Assembly: GCA_964304625.1 (NCBI GenBank)
Contig: OZ199838.1
Location: 14,023,318 to 14,087,317, forward strand
Direction of reading: 5' to 3'
Origin: Kudoa neothunni
Taxonomy: Eukaryota > Animalia > Cnidaria
Length of the DNA: 64,000 bases
Positions 1-12,077 of the stretch are shown piece by piece. Position 1 is the first letter of the stretch; every line of letters starts with the position of its first letter. The notes beneath the pieces are model-generated. The model made no database searches and had not been told where the DNA came from. It saw only the letters and a program-made list of their open reading frames with translations. A program made the position numbers and the translations under genes.

Positions 1-1552
1 AGAAAGCAGGTAGAAAAACCTTTGCAGTAAATATTAGAAGATATATAACGAAACAAAACAGACAGATATCAGTTTTTGTATGAGCTGGAACAAAAATATA
101 TTATTAAATATATCCGAATCTTTATCAAACGATTAAACATTATATCCAACGAGCCCATTTTGTGGCGATATTCGCCAAATATCGAAGGATGTAAACAAGC
201 TTATGTTATTATCGTGATTGTTCTAAGAGAACTTAACATAAAATTATGAAATTCACTATCTCCCACTTAAAATTTCGATTGATTATTAATCCAAATCTAT
301 CAGCAGCACAGTGGGTGACGGTTGGTTCGTAATTTCAAATATTGCGCCCGCAATATTATGGAGGAAAAAATGCTATAAATTAATTATAATGATAAATTAT
401 TTTGAAGGAAATTACACAGTTATAGTAATATTTTTAAGTTTACTGGCAATTGTAATGTGTACTTCTCGTCCAATGCCCGTTTGGTGTTAATTTGATTTAA
501 ACCAAATAAAAGAATATTATCCAGTAGTTGTTGATTTGCCCGATGGAATCAAAGACACAGAATTTGATTAAAAGCTATCTGAATGTCTTATTTCTGTATA
601 TGAACATGCTGGCTGAACAACTTAAGCCCTAGATTGATTTTTCAAAACATTTCCAAACCGAAGCAAACTTTTGTCTCTCAAATGTATTTGACTGGATGAA
701 TGATGATTTCGCAGCTAAAAAGATTAATTTTCTGAGAAATCACAAGGATATTCTTGACCGTCCTTTATTGTAAGTTAGAAATGAGTTGATCGTAAGACTG
801 AATTTTTCCTCGATAAAATAGTCCGGGGAATCCATCATTGTATATTAAACAACATGAGAGATTGTTGTCCATCAGTTACATTTTTTGAGACAGTCGAACA
901 CATCGATCTAACCATTCAATTGTCGATTGAAGGTGAGAATATTGATGATCTACGCAATCTAATACATATAAAGACAAGACAGAACTAAAAAACGAATATA
1001 ATTTACCCTGTAAATTACTTAAAGATCCGAATAAACCAACTACTGATAGTGGATTTTGGTAAAAAGATCAAATATCAAATATCTTCCCATTGTCGTCCCA
1101 ACTTGCACAAGATTTGTTATCGTCGCCTGTGTCATCAATTACTGTTGAACGGAGATTTTCGAAAATGAACTATATATTCCCAAAGAAGAATGAGATTGTA
1201 CGATTGAACGAATTGCCATGCTGTCGATTTTAAATTTTAACGACCCACCCATGCTTTAACCCCTGTCTAGTCACAATATTTGTTTTAGTCGTTTAAACTG
1301 GTTTTATTTTTTTCTCGAAATATACGTCGAAAAAGCCGTTTTAGTAAATAATGTTGTTTATTTGTAACACAAGGTCCTAGCTGGGATTCGAACCCTGGGT
1401 TACGTGCATTAAACGGTGGTGGTGCCGTACCGCACTGCTCTCGATTGTGCACCTGTGGTTGGTGGACTACAATCCTTATCTATTAATCCACATGTTGCAT
1501 TATTGACAAAAGCCGTCGCTTTAAAAGATAAACGTCGAAAAATGTAAGGCCT
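1..1552 (+). mobile_element. Decayed hAT DNA transposon, 3' part
   Basis: About 1050-1230 reads DFW..FPLSSQLAQDLLSSPVSSITVERRFS, the hAT C-terminal dimerisation motif (FP.L..LA..LL..P.SS...ER.FS). Many stops upstream. Repeated ACGTCGAAAAA/AAAAGCCGT subterminal motifs and a possible end TGTAAGGCCTA near 1552. Confidence 0.6.
1363..1499 (-). mobile_element. 137-bp solo-LTR-like element with a tRNA-like B-box
   Basis: Inverted termini TGTAACA...TGTTGCA, exact 5-bp TSD TTATT (1358-1362 and 1500-1504). Minus strand contains GGGTTCGAATCCC (T-arm/B-box). Confidence 0.7.
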
Positions 1553-1831
1553 ATTCACAAGTAAGACTTAGTGTGATTAAATTTTAATGACGCACGCGCT
1601 CCTATTAATTTAGGATTAAAATTCGCCGTGCTAATACCCTCCGCCTTTGGAAGAAGTAAACTTTAAATGAGGAATCCATACCAAATAAAGGTAGTAAATG
1701 CGTGAAAATTTTAGACTCTCGTATATATAATTTTAAGATATATAATTAATGCGAAAGAAATACATTCAAAACGATAATTCAAAAGGCTGAATAAAATGAA
1801 AGGAGGGTGAAAGTTTGATAATAATAATTTC

Positions 1832-3628
1832 TTAGTTGGGTTGCTCAAGAAGTTGGCAGTTTGGTAGGAAATCTTCCCACAAATTTTTTATCTAAGCAAA
1901 TTTGTGAAATGTGAGAGAAATTAAAAAAACCTTAGATTCTAATTCAAAGAGAGCTTTGAAATAGGCTAGAATAGCTTTTTTAGCATGTTTCACACGAGTT
2001 TTCTAAGAAAATAATTAACATACGAATAGAACCAAGAGAGAGAAAGAGAATTACGTCAAAAACATCCACTTCGTATTTGAGATTTTCAAGCAAAGTGTCT
2101 AGTTCCTTTTTGCAGTCGGCTTTGGCCATTTCGATCTACAAAATTTGATTACCCATCAGTGTTCGTCAATCGAGATAATAATCACATCATAAATTTCTTG
2201 CTTGTATTGGGTGATTTTTCTCGGCGTAGAAACATGCTCTTTTTGTTTTAGCTCATCATTTTTTACAACCAGACGATTGGAAAGGTTGTTGTATTCGTTG
2301 CTGAGAATGATGGCATTTTTGAAAATGGAAATAAGTCCAAGGATCCACATGTGAGTGTGTTTCACTGTAGCTACACCGTATTTCACAGTGTATCTAGCCT
2401 ATCGTCCAATTTGATTATTCACATTGATTAAACCAACAATAATACTTTATCTTGATAGAGAGAGGCCTGTTGTTCTTTGAGACTAGCCAACTTGTTGAAA
2501 ACACTGGCAAGACCGCCAAAATTTTCCGCAAAACACAAATTAGTACACACCGACGAGAAAAATTCAATTTCTCGAGCAATAGCTAATTATTAATTAAAAT
2601 CAATTTCAATAAAAGATTAAAGCAAATACCAAAAGTTTGGTGGTGAATCAATCGTGAAAACTGTGCCAAATTGTTTAACTTTGGTTCAATTCGCACTAAA
2701 TTCTCATATGTTTCTTCGAACCACTGCGAACGAATAAATATTATTGAACAATTTGTTTACTAACTTGAGAATAATTACAGGTTCAAAATTAGTAAAATTT
2801 ATGTTGGATAGCCAGTGTTTGTTGACACGTTCAGCAATACGAGCTATTTTTCCCTTATTTTTTTGAAATCTAATTTTAGTGGGCCACTAAAATTAATTGA
2901 TCAGTCGCGGTATTCAAAGTTATTCTGTTAGATTTCTTTTTACTTCTTGATCCACCAAAAAGTTGATAAATTCAGGATCTTGATTTGTTTTAACGTGGGT
3001 TGCAATGCTGTTCAAGAAACTACGTAAACATAAGAAATTATTGAACTTATTAATTTTCAACTTACAGTTCCAGCTGATACATTCTCTCGTCCAATTCCAC
3101 AAATTGATCAGATACAGCATCGGAACTTGTTTTAATTTTAGCCATAGCTGAAATGAAGATTTAATTTTTGGTGTTCGATTAAACTTAGCGAATATTACCT
3201 ACTAACGATTTGTTAGGAGGTTTCACGATCATCACACCAAGTGGTTTGTATTTGCTGGTCAAATATTCAAACAACGTGACGAAATCTGTATATCTTCGAT
3301 AGACTACATTCTCTTTGGATGCAAAAGCCGAATGGTCGCTCTATCAAGCAAAACAGTTTTAGTTTTTGCCATTAAAACAACTTAAATTTGTTTATTCATT
3401 GATGTACTTTTTGTTAAAATTTGATAGCGAATGTAAGCACTAAGACCCTCACCTACAAATAGATTATAATTTGTAGAGATTTTGAGGTTGAAATACGACC
3501 TAGAAGAAAAAATAAAAGTACCAGTTTTAGTAGGTTCGCTCACTGTTATTTCCATATTCATGATTGATTTGTTGTCCTAAATTCATGTAATTCATATATT
3601 AGAAACGTTACAAAACATTATTTTCCAT
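1832..3628 (-). CDS. Sorting nexin 1/2-like (PX-BAR), about 11 exons
   Basis: Spliced translation EITVSEPTKTGEGLSAYIRYQILTK..VYRRYTDFVTLFEYLTSKYKPLGVMIVKPPNKSLV (PX domain), then a helical BAR region ending KNLWEDFLP, as in SNX1/2. GT-AG introns of 35-70 nt. The 5' junctions (about 3410 and 3612) each need a 1-nt indel, so the start is uncertain. Confidence 0.85.
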
Positions 3629-4380
3629 ATATCAACCTACTCTAATATAAAATAATAACAACCGAGCAAGGAGCCGATCTCACTTTAATTTTCGGAAAAC
3701 TATTATAAGCTGATAACTTCGGTTATTGATCTGCGACTTAATGTGGGGTGGATTTAAATGGTCGTTTTTCAATTTAATATAGCCAATTTAAACCACTTTA
3801 AACATAAGTCATGAGTATTAATAAGTTATATGCTCATTAATCACACTAAGTTTGTTATTCTATTTATTTTTTTTCGTTTTACTAATTATCTTTATTATTT
3901 TATAAAACTCTTTCTATTATTTTTTTCAATCAATATAAAGTATTAATCTCCATAATAATGAAATTTTTTCGATCCTCAATTTCTAATTCTTAGCTTAAGG
4001 TTTCTTACTAATCCACTTGCGATGTTATAAATAATATTGTTTGTTTTATTGTCTATAAAAGAAATGTATTTTGCTAACTATATCAGTATATTGAAGGATC
4101 TAGTTAATGTTCCTGATTTTATATTCAGTCTTGAAATAGATTAATGTTCAAAAAAGAAAACATTTTTTTGCAGTTTAAAATTATATTCACTGATTGATAA
4201 CATTTGCATGTCCTTAGAATTTAAATAGGGTTAGGTTTTATGTTTAAAATCTCGTAATTTGGTAACAACAAATTTATAATATTCCATTATTTTTCTATTT
4301 CAAATTAGCATTCTGCATTCTTTAAGTATAAACTAAACTATAAATTTCATAAAATATTAAAAAGCTAAATGAATAGAGGG

Positions 4381-5784
4381 TTATTGTGTCGGAGTTGCAG
4401 TTGTAGTTGTAGTAAACGGGGTTTCACAGATGGCTTTGCAATCGTCCATACTTTCGAAATTGTTATAGTTTCCATTTAAGCCTCCATATTTAAATTTCTC
4501 GCACGCTGGTGTAGTTGCTTGGGCTGTTATAAAAAAATCGGTCCACATTAAGGATTCCATTTGCGTGTGAACTTTCACTCACCTCTCCTGCTTTTTCTAA
4601 AGAACACACTTCAATAGCTTCCTCTATAGTTGGTTGATTAACTATATATTAATTTAAATTCAAAATAACTTAATTTCTCAATCTAATACCTGCTGGACAA
4701 TAGCTCAAACACAGTTCTAGAGTGGGGAATCGATTTTCGGACGGATTAAAATCACTAGTTTTGTCTTTTTTTGCAAAGGCTATGGAAATTGGCACACACT
4801 TTTTTGTTTTTGTCAAAGTAGTATCTCTCTTTAACTGGATCTACGTCGGTTGTGCTTCCTGTTCCCAACATTTGGTCAGGACCATCTCTTTTGCAAGCTC
4901 CTATTTGCTTTTCAGGTGCTAAAGTTCAATAAGGAAATATACCTCATTCTAATGCTTACGTATGCATAAACCAACACATTCTTGAAAGGAATTAAAGAAA
5001 CCTCGCTTAGCTTCTTTTTTAACTGCGCTGTAAATACACTTTTCGCCGTTAGGATGCATAACTATCTTCACCGCAGGTTCCGCACTTTCCACTTGTTCTC
5101 GTCTCACATTACAGTCGAAGTCATTTGGAACGGGATATTTATCGTCATCTGCTGTACCAGCGGGAGCTTCCGCACTGACACTTGATATCTTGTCGTCTAC
5201 CTTTTTTATTAAAAAATCTTCTTTTTAATTAAAACATGTACTTTGGCAGGCTTTTAAACAGTCCTCTTTTGTGAGGAAATTGTTGGCATTCCCTCCACAT
5301 CCATTATATTTAAAAGTTTCACAAACGCCACTTGCAGTGCCTTCGGCCCCTGTTCTTTTAAAGTACCATCTGTCTAACTTTTTACCATCAGTTAATGAAC
5401 AGCCTCCTTCGTTTAAACTTTCAGCACAAGCATATATTTGTTCTTCTGGAGTAAATTTAACTGAATTGTATATTAAAAACAAAATTTAATAACGGAGCTT
5501 ACAATGTTGTTCGCATTCCTCTCGAGTTGCGAAATTATTTTGAATTTCCACCATTACCCAAATATTCAAAAGTAAGGCAAGTTGCGGTATCTTTATCTAC
5601 GTACCATCTTCTCACAGAGAAGTTTTCACCTTCTTTTGCCCAATGAGGCCTTTCCCCGTCCATCTTCTCATAATTAACCAAGGCAGGTACTATTTTCTAG
5701 TTACGTTTTATTTATAATTACTAAGAAACCTGAATATATCCTAGAAAAAGTTAAAAAAATCAAGAGGAATATTAATTGTTTCAT
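4381..5784 (-). CDS. Secreted multi-Kunitz/BPTI protein (signal peptide, 5 Kunitz-like domains, Thr-rich tail); frameshifted in this sequence
   Basis: Exon 1 MKQLIFLLIFLTFSRIYS is a signal peptide. One domain per exon, e.g. RWYFKR..CETFKYNGCGGNANNFLTKEDCLKAC and CEKFKYGGLNGNYNNFESMDDCKAIC. About 6 single-base indels are needed for a continuous frame. Confidence 0.85.
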
Positions 5785-6310
5785 TATGATAAGGTTTTCT
5801 AACTCGGATTAGAGAAAATCGTACTTATTCATTTTTCTGTCGCAATAGATCACTCTATTGAACCAAAAATATAATCCTATTCGTTATATACATCAATTTA
5901 GTTGTGTTGTAAATTATACTAAAAATAACTTTTAAATATAATTTACTTGGCCGTAAACTATTTAAACATAAAATAACTACAAAAATCATTATTTATTCAC
6001 TGATGTAAAAGTTAACTCTAAAATATATCAATTCTTATATATAAATGTATATATAAAGAATAAAATTGATGTTGCATTTTCTAGTTTCAACGGATTTTTT
6101 CTGAATTAATTTCATATTTCAGAAAACTACGAAATAATAATTATCTCAAATAGGAAAAACTCAAAAATTGTTATGTTTACAGTTAATGAGTTGTATATCG
6201 TATAATGGATGGAAAATATGAGAATAGCCGAGTAACTAAAGTAAAAAACACTTTTTTTGTAGAAAAGTTATGATAACCATGCGCACGCACATAAAAATAA
6301 AAACCCAGTT

Positions 6311-8126
6311 ATGATCCCCCACCCAACAAAAAGAAATGTGGATGAACTTCTTCAGATAGATTCCGATCTAGATGATATTTTTGCAGATGATAATTTTGAA
6401 GAGGAATTAATTAAAGCTTCATCAAACTCTCAGAGCGCGACACAAAATAAACCGCTCGAATGCGAAAGCGTCTTATTGACAGGACAATTAAAAAATTTAC
6501 GTAGCAATTTGGAAGTGACAAAAAAAGACCTTGAAAATGCGCAAACTCAAATTATCCAACTCCAAAAATTACTTAACAATGAAGAGAATGATTATAAGAA
6601 AGAAGCTGTTGTGGAAATAGATCGCCTGAAATCACTGGTTGAGTTTCAGAGTGAAATTATTAAACACAATTCCCTAGCGTCGAGCTCGAAACTTACCGCG
6701 AAAATCGATGGGTCTATTGTTTCCTCCCCGAAACCAATGATTGAAATCCACAATAGGTCTCCGTTTATTTTAAAAAAGAGTGAAGACTTTCAAAAGGACC
6801 TAGATATTGGCGGCGGTAAACAACCTGCTGCGAAAAACACAGGAAAGCCATCGTGTTTGATAAAAAATTATTTTTTAAACCTAAGCAATAATACAGATTA
6901 TTTGGATGACCTCAAAACTTTTATCACGATCGAACGATCTGCTTTTATAGAGTTTATTAATTTTATCAATTACATTAGAAAATCTCAAAAAAATCAACCC
7001 AATCGGATTAAGGTATTTACTTGAGGTGATCTTTACTATTTGGAGTTAGGATGCCGATCGACCAACAATTACATTTCTAAATCTCCTAACCAGTTGTATC
7101 GTCAAGTTGTCGTCCAATAAAGTCAGCCATTTAGTAAGGATTTTGTTTGGTTGTTTAGAAATAATCGACTAATATAGAAACAAATTGAACTCTTTTACAA
7201 ATCCTTACAATGGATCATTTCCAATAATATGTAACAAAATTTTTATAGTTGTGTTGGATTATTTATATAATTCAATCTCTAGCTTTAATATCGAATTATT
7301 CCAGTCTAAAATAAAATTAATGGTTTTGAAGGCGTTCAAAAATCCGTTGTCGTTAAACGAGTCATCTGTTTTTATGAGTTTTATGCTTTTAATTAAAACT
7401 ATGGCATACCAAACTAATGATTTTAATTACTTGGGTACGTTTTTAATTTTTGATGTAGTTGGCGATTTTTTAACCTTGATTTTGGTAGATATTTTGTTAC
7501 AAAATATCATGGACTATAAGGACAAATTTTCTGACCAGAGCTTCTCAAATATGCTCAATTTTGTAGGAGAATTACGTTTTGTTGCAAAATTCAATATTGA
7601 TTTGTTTTAGTTTTTATCATTCTTGCATTCATGGATAAATGAAAAACCGTCAGATGTTTCAGATTCGACAATAAATGTACATTTTCCGTCGCAAAATATA
7701 ATTTGTAATTAAATATTGATAGATTTTAGAAGTCTTTGTTAAAATTAACCATTTCATTGAAAGAAAATCACTCCGGTCCTCATTTCAACCCCCACAACAT
7801 TACAACCTAATTAAAACCCCCTCTTTAACATTTGGAATTGGTAATATTCCAAATAAACAACCCTTTCAGTAATTCTCTACTCGATCTGCTTTATCAACTA
7901 ATATATGTATATATTTAGCAACCTCATCTCATGGATGGTTATTATATGCCCAAAGCTAAATTTGTCTTTCAATGGAAATCCTGCCAAAAAACAAAAAATT
8001 ATTAATTTGTATAGTTTTCTAACCGGTATTTTTAGCTGTTATCATATAACAATATAATTCACTTATTGGTTTTAAATGATTTTACATTTCCTTTCCTCGT
8101 CTATAAAAGCTGCAATTTTTGTATAA
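6311..8126 (+). CDS. Multi-exon protein, ATRIP-like (acidic N-terminus, coiled coil, helical C-terminus)
   Basis: Exons join in frame through six or more GT-AG introns (e.g. 7013-7049). DDIFADDNFEEELIKASSNSQSATQ then a coiled coil ending IDRLKSLVEFQSE, resembling ATRIP. The gene is well supported; its identity and 3' end (8057 or 8126) are uncertain. Confidence 0.5.
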
Positions 8127-8953
8127 ACTTGTGAATATTAACAACTATAATTTTAGCATTAAAAATAAATTTATGAATTTTTACGCCAACTATTGCCTTT
8201 TTTCCTCGAAAATAAGACCTACCGTGATAATAAAACCTAGTATGAATTTTTAGGTTGTAGTTAATATAAGATCAAGCGATATTTTTATGGTAATCTTGAA
8301 TAAGACCTAAAATTGTTTCAAAGTGTCTTGGTAGCGATTATTCAACAGGATCTTGATTAATAGGTTCTAGTTTCAACAATAATGAGAAATTACTTTTTCT
8401 GTAAATATGAAACTTAGAATTATTATTGTTTGGTGAAAATATAACCCATTATTCAGCCGCAAATATCTTATAATTGCGAAAATATTAAAATTTTTAATGG
8501 TTTGTTTAATCTTTTATATACCCAATATACTCTCATAGTTATTCTCTTGTATCAGGGGTAAATATTAAGTTTTTAAATAATTTCATAGACAACGATAACG
8601 TTTTCTATGAAGATAATAATTTCCTTCTATAAAAAATTCACCTACTTTACCTGTTAATATAGTCACATAGGAGCGTAATCCTATTGATCTCATGCCAGAA
8701 ATATAAAATCTACTTCGTAAATAAAACCTAATAGCTATAAAAATTGTGTAAAATTAATATAAGACTGGGTCTCATTTACAAGGAAACACGATATTAAATT
8801 TGTACGTTGAATGTATCCTTCCTTGTGCTTAAGACCTCATTTTAATAGTAAGTTCATTTATTTTAGATCAATTATTTATTTAAATCAACTCATTTTAAGG
8901 TAAAATCTATCGAAAACAAATTGTAAAGAAAATGTTTTACATTTAGTTATTAA

Positions 8954-10305
8954 CCCTCCACATAAACTGGGATCCATTTTGACCACAAACGAAGTTGCCA
9001 TCCCGTTTTCTCAGCCGTTATATAATAATTAAAATCTAAACTTCTTCTATTCTCATAAAACAAATTTATCTTTAGAGAATAGATTTATTGAAATTTTCAT
9101 ATGTCATAACAAATTTTATAACAAAAACATCTTGGGAGTATAATTGGGGTCCAAATGGACTCCAGAATTTTTTTAAATATTTAAAAAAAATATTATTATT
9201 TATATTAATTTTTAAATGGAATTTTAATTTAAACGCATTTTACATACGAAAATCCAACAAATAATTTTTCGCCGCGCAAGCGCCCGTGTGCAAGTTTCTA
9301 TTGTGTAAGCATGGATTTCTTGTTGTAAGATAGTGAGGGTAATATTGACACTAATGAAAAAGATAGACCTAATCTAATGTATTTGAAAGAGACTGTTGGC
9401 GATGAGAATCTAGTTTGTGATGAAAATGACGATTTGCTTGTAGACAAAAACAACGATTTATGGAGTGCAATCAAACCAAAGAAAACCAAGATGGTGTCAG
9501 AAAATAAAACGAATTTTCTTCAAGGTGTGACTATGTAGGCCACATATAGGATCTTTAGTATTGTAGGATGTTTTCATCATTTCTTCCCAATAGAAATAGT
9601 GGGGGAAAACAATTAATATATACTACTCAGTGCGGTAAAAATCACTATGGAAATAAATGAAAAGATTTTGGTGTTAATGAAATGCATGGTTTTATTGGCC
9701 GTTTATTGTACATAATTATCCATAAGGATAATCTATGGTCTATTATTAAAATGTTTAATTATGACGAAGGTAGAGGATATGCAAAGATCTTTTTTCTTTG
9801 CACAGGTACAGATTCAGGTGACTAATAAGAGCGATCCGATCCGCCTTGATAATGCAGAAACTACGTAAGGATGGCGGCTAAATGATAAATTTTTTCCAAT
9901 TAGAGAAATAAGGGACATTTAGGTTAACGTGGAGAACAAAAATTATAACCACGGAGAAAATATATGTCGTGATGTGCAATTTTGTTCCTTTTAGAGGCAA
10001 TTGCTCTTTTAGGCAATATATAAAATGTAAATCAGCAAAATATGGCTTAAAATTTTTTATTTGAGTATATCCAGCATTTATATTATGTGTTTATGAAGTT
10101 ACAAACGAATTCCAACATCCGCAACTCTAAAATAATCGGTCGTCCCATTTATATAGGCGCACGCGTTAGAAAAAACATTTCTTAAAATTATAATTTTGTA
10201 GATTGATAGAAAACACAATTATTAAACGAAATCACAAAATAACTCTTGGTTCCAAATGGACCCCAGTTATATTCCGAGGGGCTTGATTAATTGTTACTTA
10301 GAAGG
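8954..10305 (+). mobile_element. Internally deleted, decayed piggyBac transposon
   Basis: TTAA flanks, CCCT...AAGG ends, GGGGTCCAAATGGACCCC-type internal repeats. Broken transposase fragments (PFRGNCSFRQYIKCKSAKYGLKFF) paralogous to the 38.5-40.3 kb copy; its right end is the reverse complement of TTAACCTTCTAAGTAAC at 38534. Confidence 0.85.
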
Positions 10306-10757
10306 TTAAAGATAATACAAAAAAATTCATGTGGACTCAATGAAAATTTAATTATAGTTTCAAAATGATGTACTTATAAATGAAGTTAATTATATTTTTA
10401 ATGCCGTAATATAAATTCTTCATCAAACGAAAATATTGCCGAGTTCGACAATGAACCCATAAGAATTGACTGTTCATATTCTAACAAGATAAAAATAAAT
10501 GACAATTATGACCAAACATTTTTATCATAAATTCTTAATAGACAAAAAGATGTAGATAAAATAGCTAACAATCACATAAATTAAAAATTAATATTTAAGT
10601 TAATTCTATATTTTAATACAATATTTAATTTAAAAAAAGTTATTTTATTATTGTAACAAAGATTGGTTCGATTTATGGACTAGAAATAAATGAATCGACG
10701 ACGGATTAGTGTTTTATAGCTATCGTGAATGATCGTTACCAATCGCCACATCAAAAA

Positions 10758-12042
10758 ATGTACAACGGAATAGGAGTGCCAACCGCCAGAGGCACTGGGA
10801 CAAATGGCTATGTTCAAAAAAACATGTCATTTATTGCGAAACCAGTTTCAAGATCTGCGTATAACGACAAGGATCGCCTAAAAAAGATGCTGAGCCATGC
10901 AATGAAGGAACCAAATGAAGAAATTGTTGAACATGAGAGAAAAAGAAAATTGGAGGTGCAGTGTGTTGAATATGAAATGGAACTTGAGGAGCAAGGCTTG
11001 TCGAAGGAGGAAATTGATGAGAAAGTTGAGCAAAAACGCAAACAACTTTGGGCCGAATATTACGAACAACAGAACAAAACTGTCGTGGTTAATGGTGAGG
11101 AGATCAACTACAAAGTGCACATGGAGAATATGGAAAATGAGGCCAAGAACAAAAAGATGAGAAAGGCTTTTGGATTGAATGAGAATCATGAAAGAAGTAG
11201 TTTTTTCGGACAAGAGAAACCACCGGAGACTGGCCTACCCCCACCAAGTCGTGGTCTAATTGCCAACAACCAGCCACATAAGAGTGGTCCAAATGAGAAA
11301 GTCGAGGAAGAAGAAATGAATCAAATGTTGTCGTCGTCCTCATCCAATGAAGAATGTTCTTCGCCTGCCAAAACCAAATCGAAGCGATATTCAAATAATG
11401 TTGTTGAGTCAGTGTATATGAAGTCACGGACGAGGGATCTTAGTTCGTCCCCAGGTTCTGCAGGTGGTAAGTCGTTGGTCAAACGCAAGTCAAGGTCGAG
11501 TTCACATTCTGGACAAAGAAGACACTCAAATCGAACCTTATCATTTAATGAATCCCTCAGACATCGCCATTCATCTAGTGTTTCGTCTTCTGAACGTGGG
11601 CGTAACCGTAGAGAAACTACTGTTGGAAGGGGACGAGCTGTTGGGAAACCATACCGTCACGTCGTAAGGAGAAAACGTCGTTACTCAAGTTCTACAAGCT
11701 CAAATTCCAATGTTGATCGCCGTCAAAGTCGAACAAATAAACCCTACGAAAAGAAAGATACATCGCGTCGTTCAACCTACCTCAATCCTAAACGAAACGA
11801 AAGATCGTCGTCTAGCCGATCACGATCTCCATTATCCAGTAGAACAGAATCAAGACGTGACCGTAGTAAAAGAAGACGCTCGACTTCGTCTAGTTCAGCG
11901 ACAAACAGACCTGGTCGGTATTTTAACTCAAAGTAACAGTATTTTTGTCATTAATTTTAAATTTGTTTTAAGGAATCCACCTGGCATTCGAAGCAGCGGC
12001 AGCAGTTCATCATTTGATGAAAGAAGGAAAAGAAGGCGATAA
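10758..12042 (+). CDS. SRRM2: CWC21/SRRM2 (cwf21 domain plus RS-rich tail)
   Basis: MYNGIGVPTARGTGTNGYVQKN..EHERKRKLEVQC is the diagnostic cwf21 N-terminus, followed by a Ser/Arg-rich tail. A 55-nt GT-AG intron (11918-11972) joins in frame to NPPGIRSSGSSSSFDERRKRRR*; the unspliced form stops at 11936. Confidence 0.93.
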
Positions 12043-12077
12043 AAATAACTAAATACATTTATTTTTTGTATATGTTT

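Noticed and set aside
10814-11667. Antisense and alternate-frame ORFs over SRRM2, and similar ones over eIF5, eIF4A3 and TICRR
   Set aside because: Shadow ORFs of real coding sequence with no recognisable motifs.
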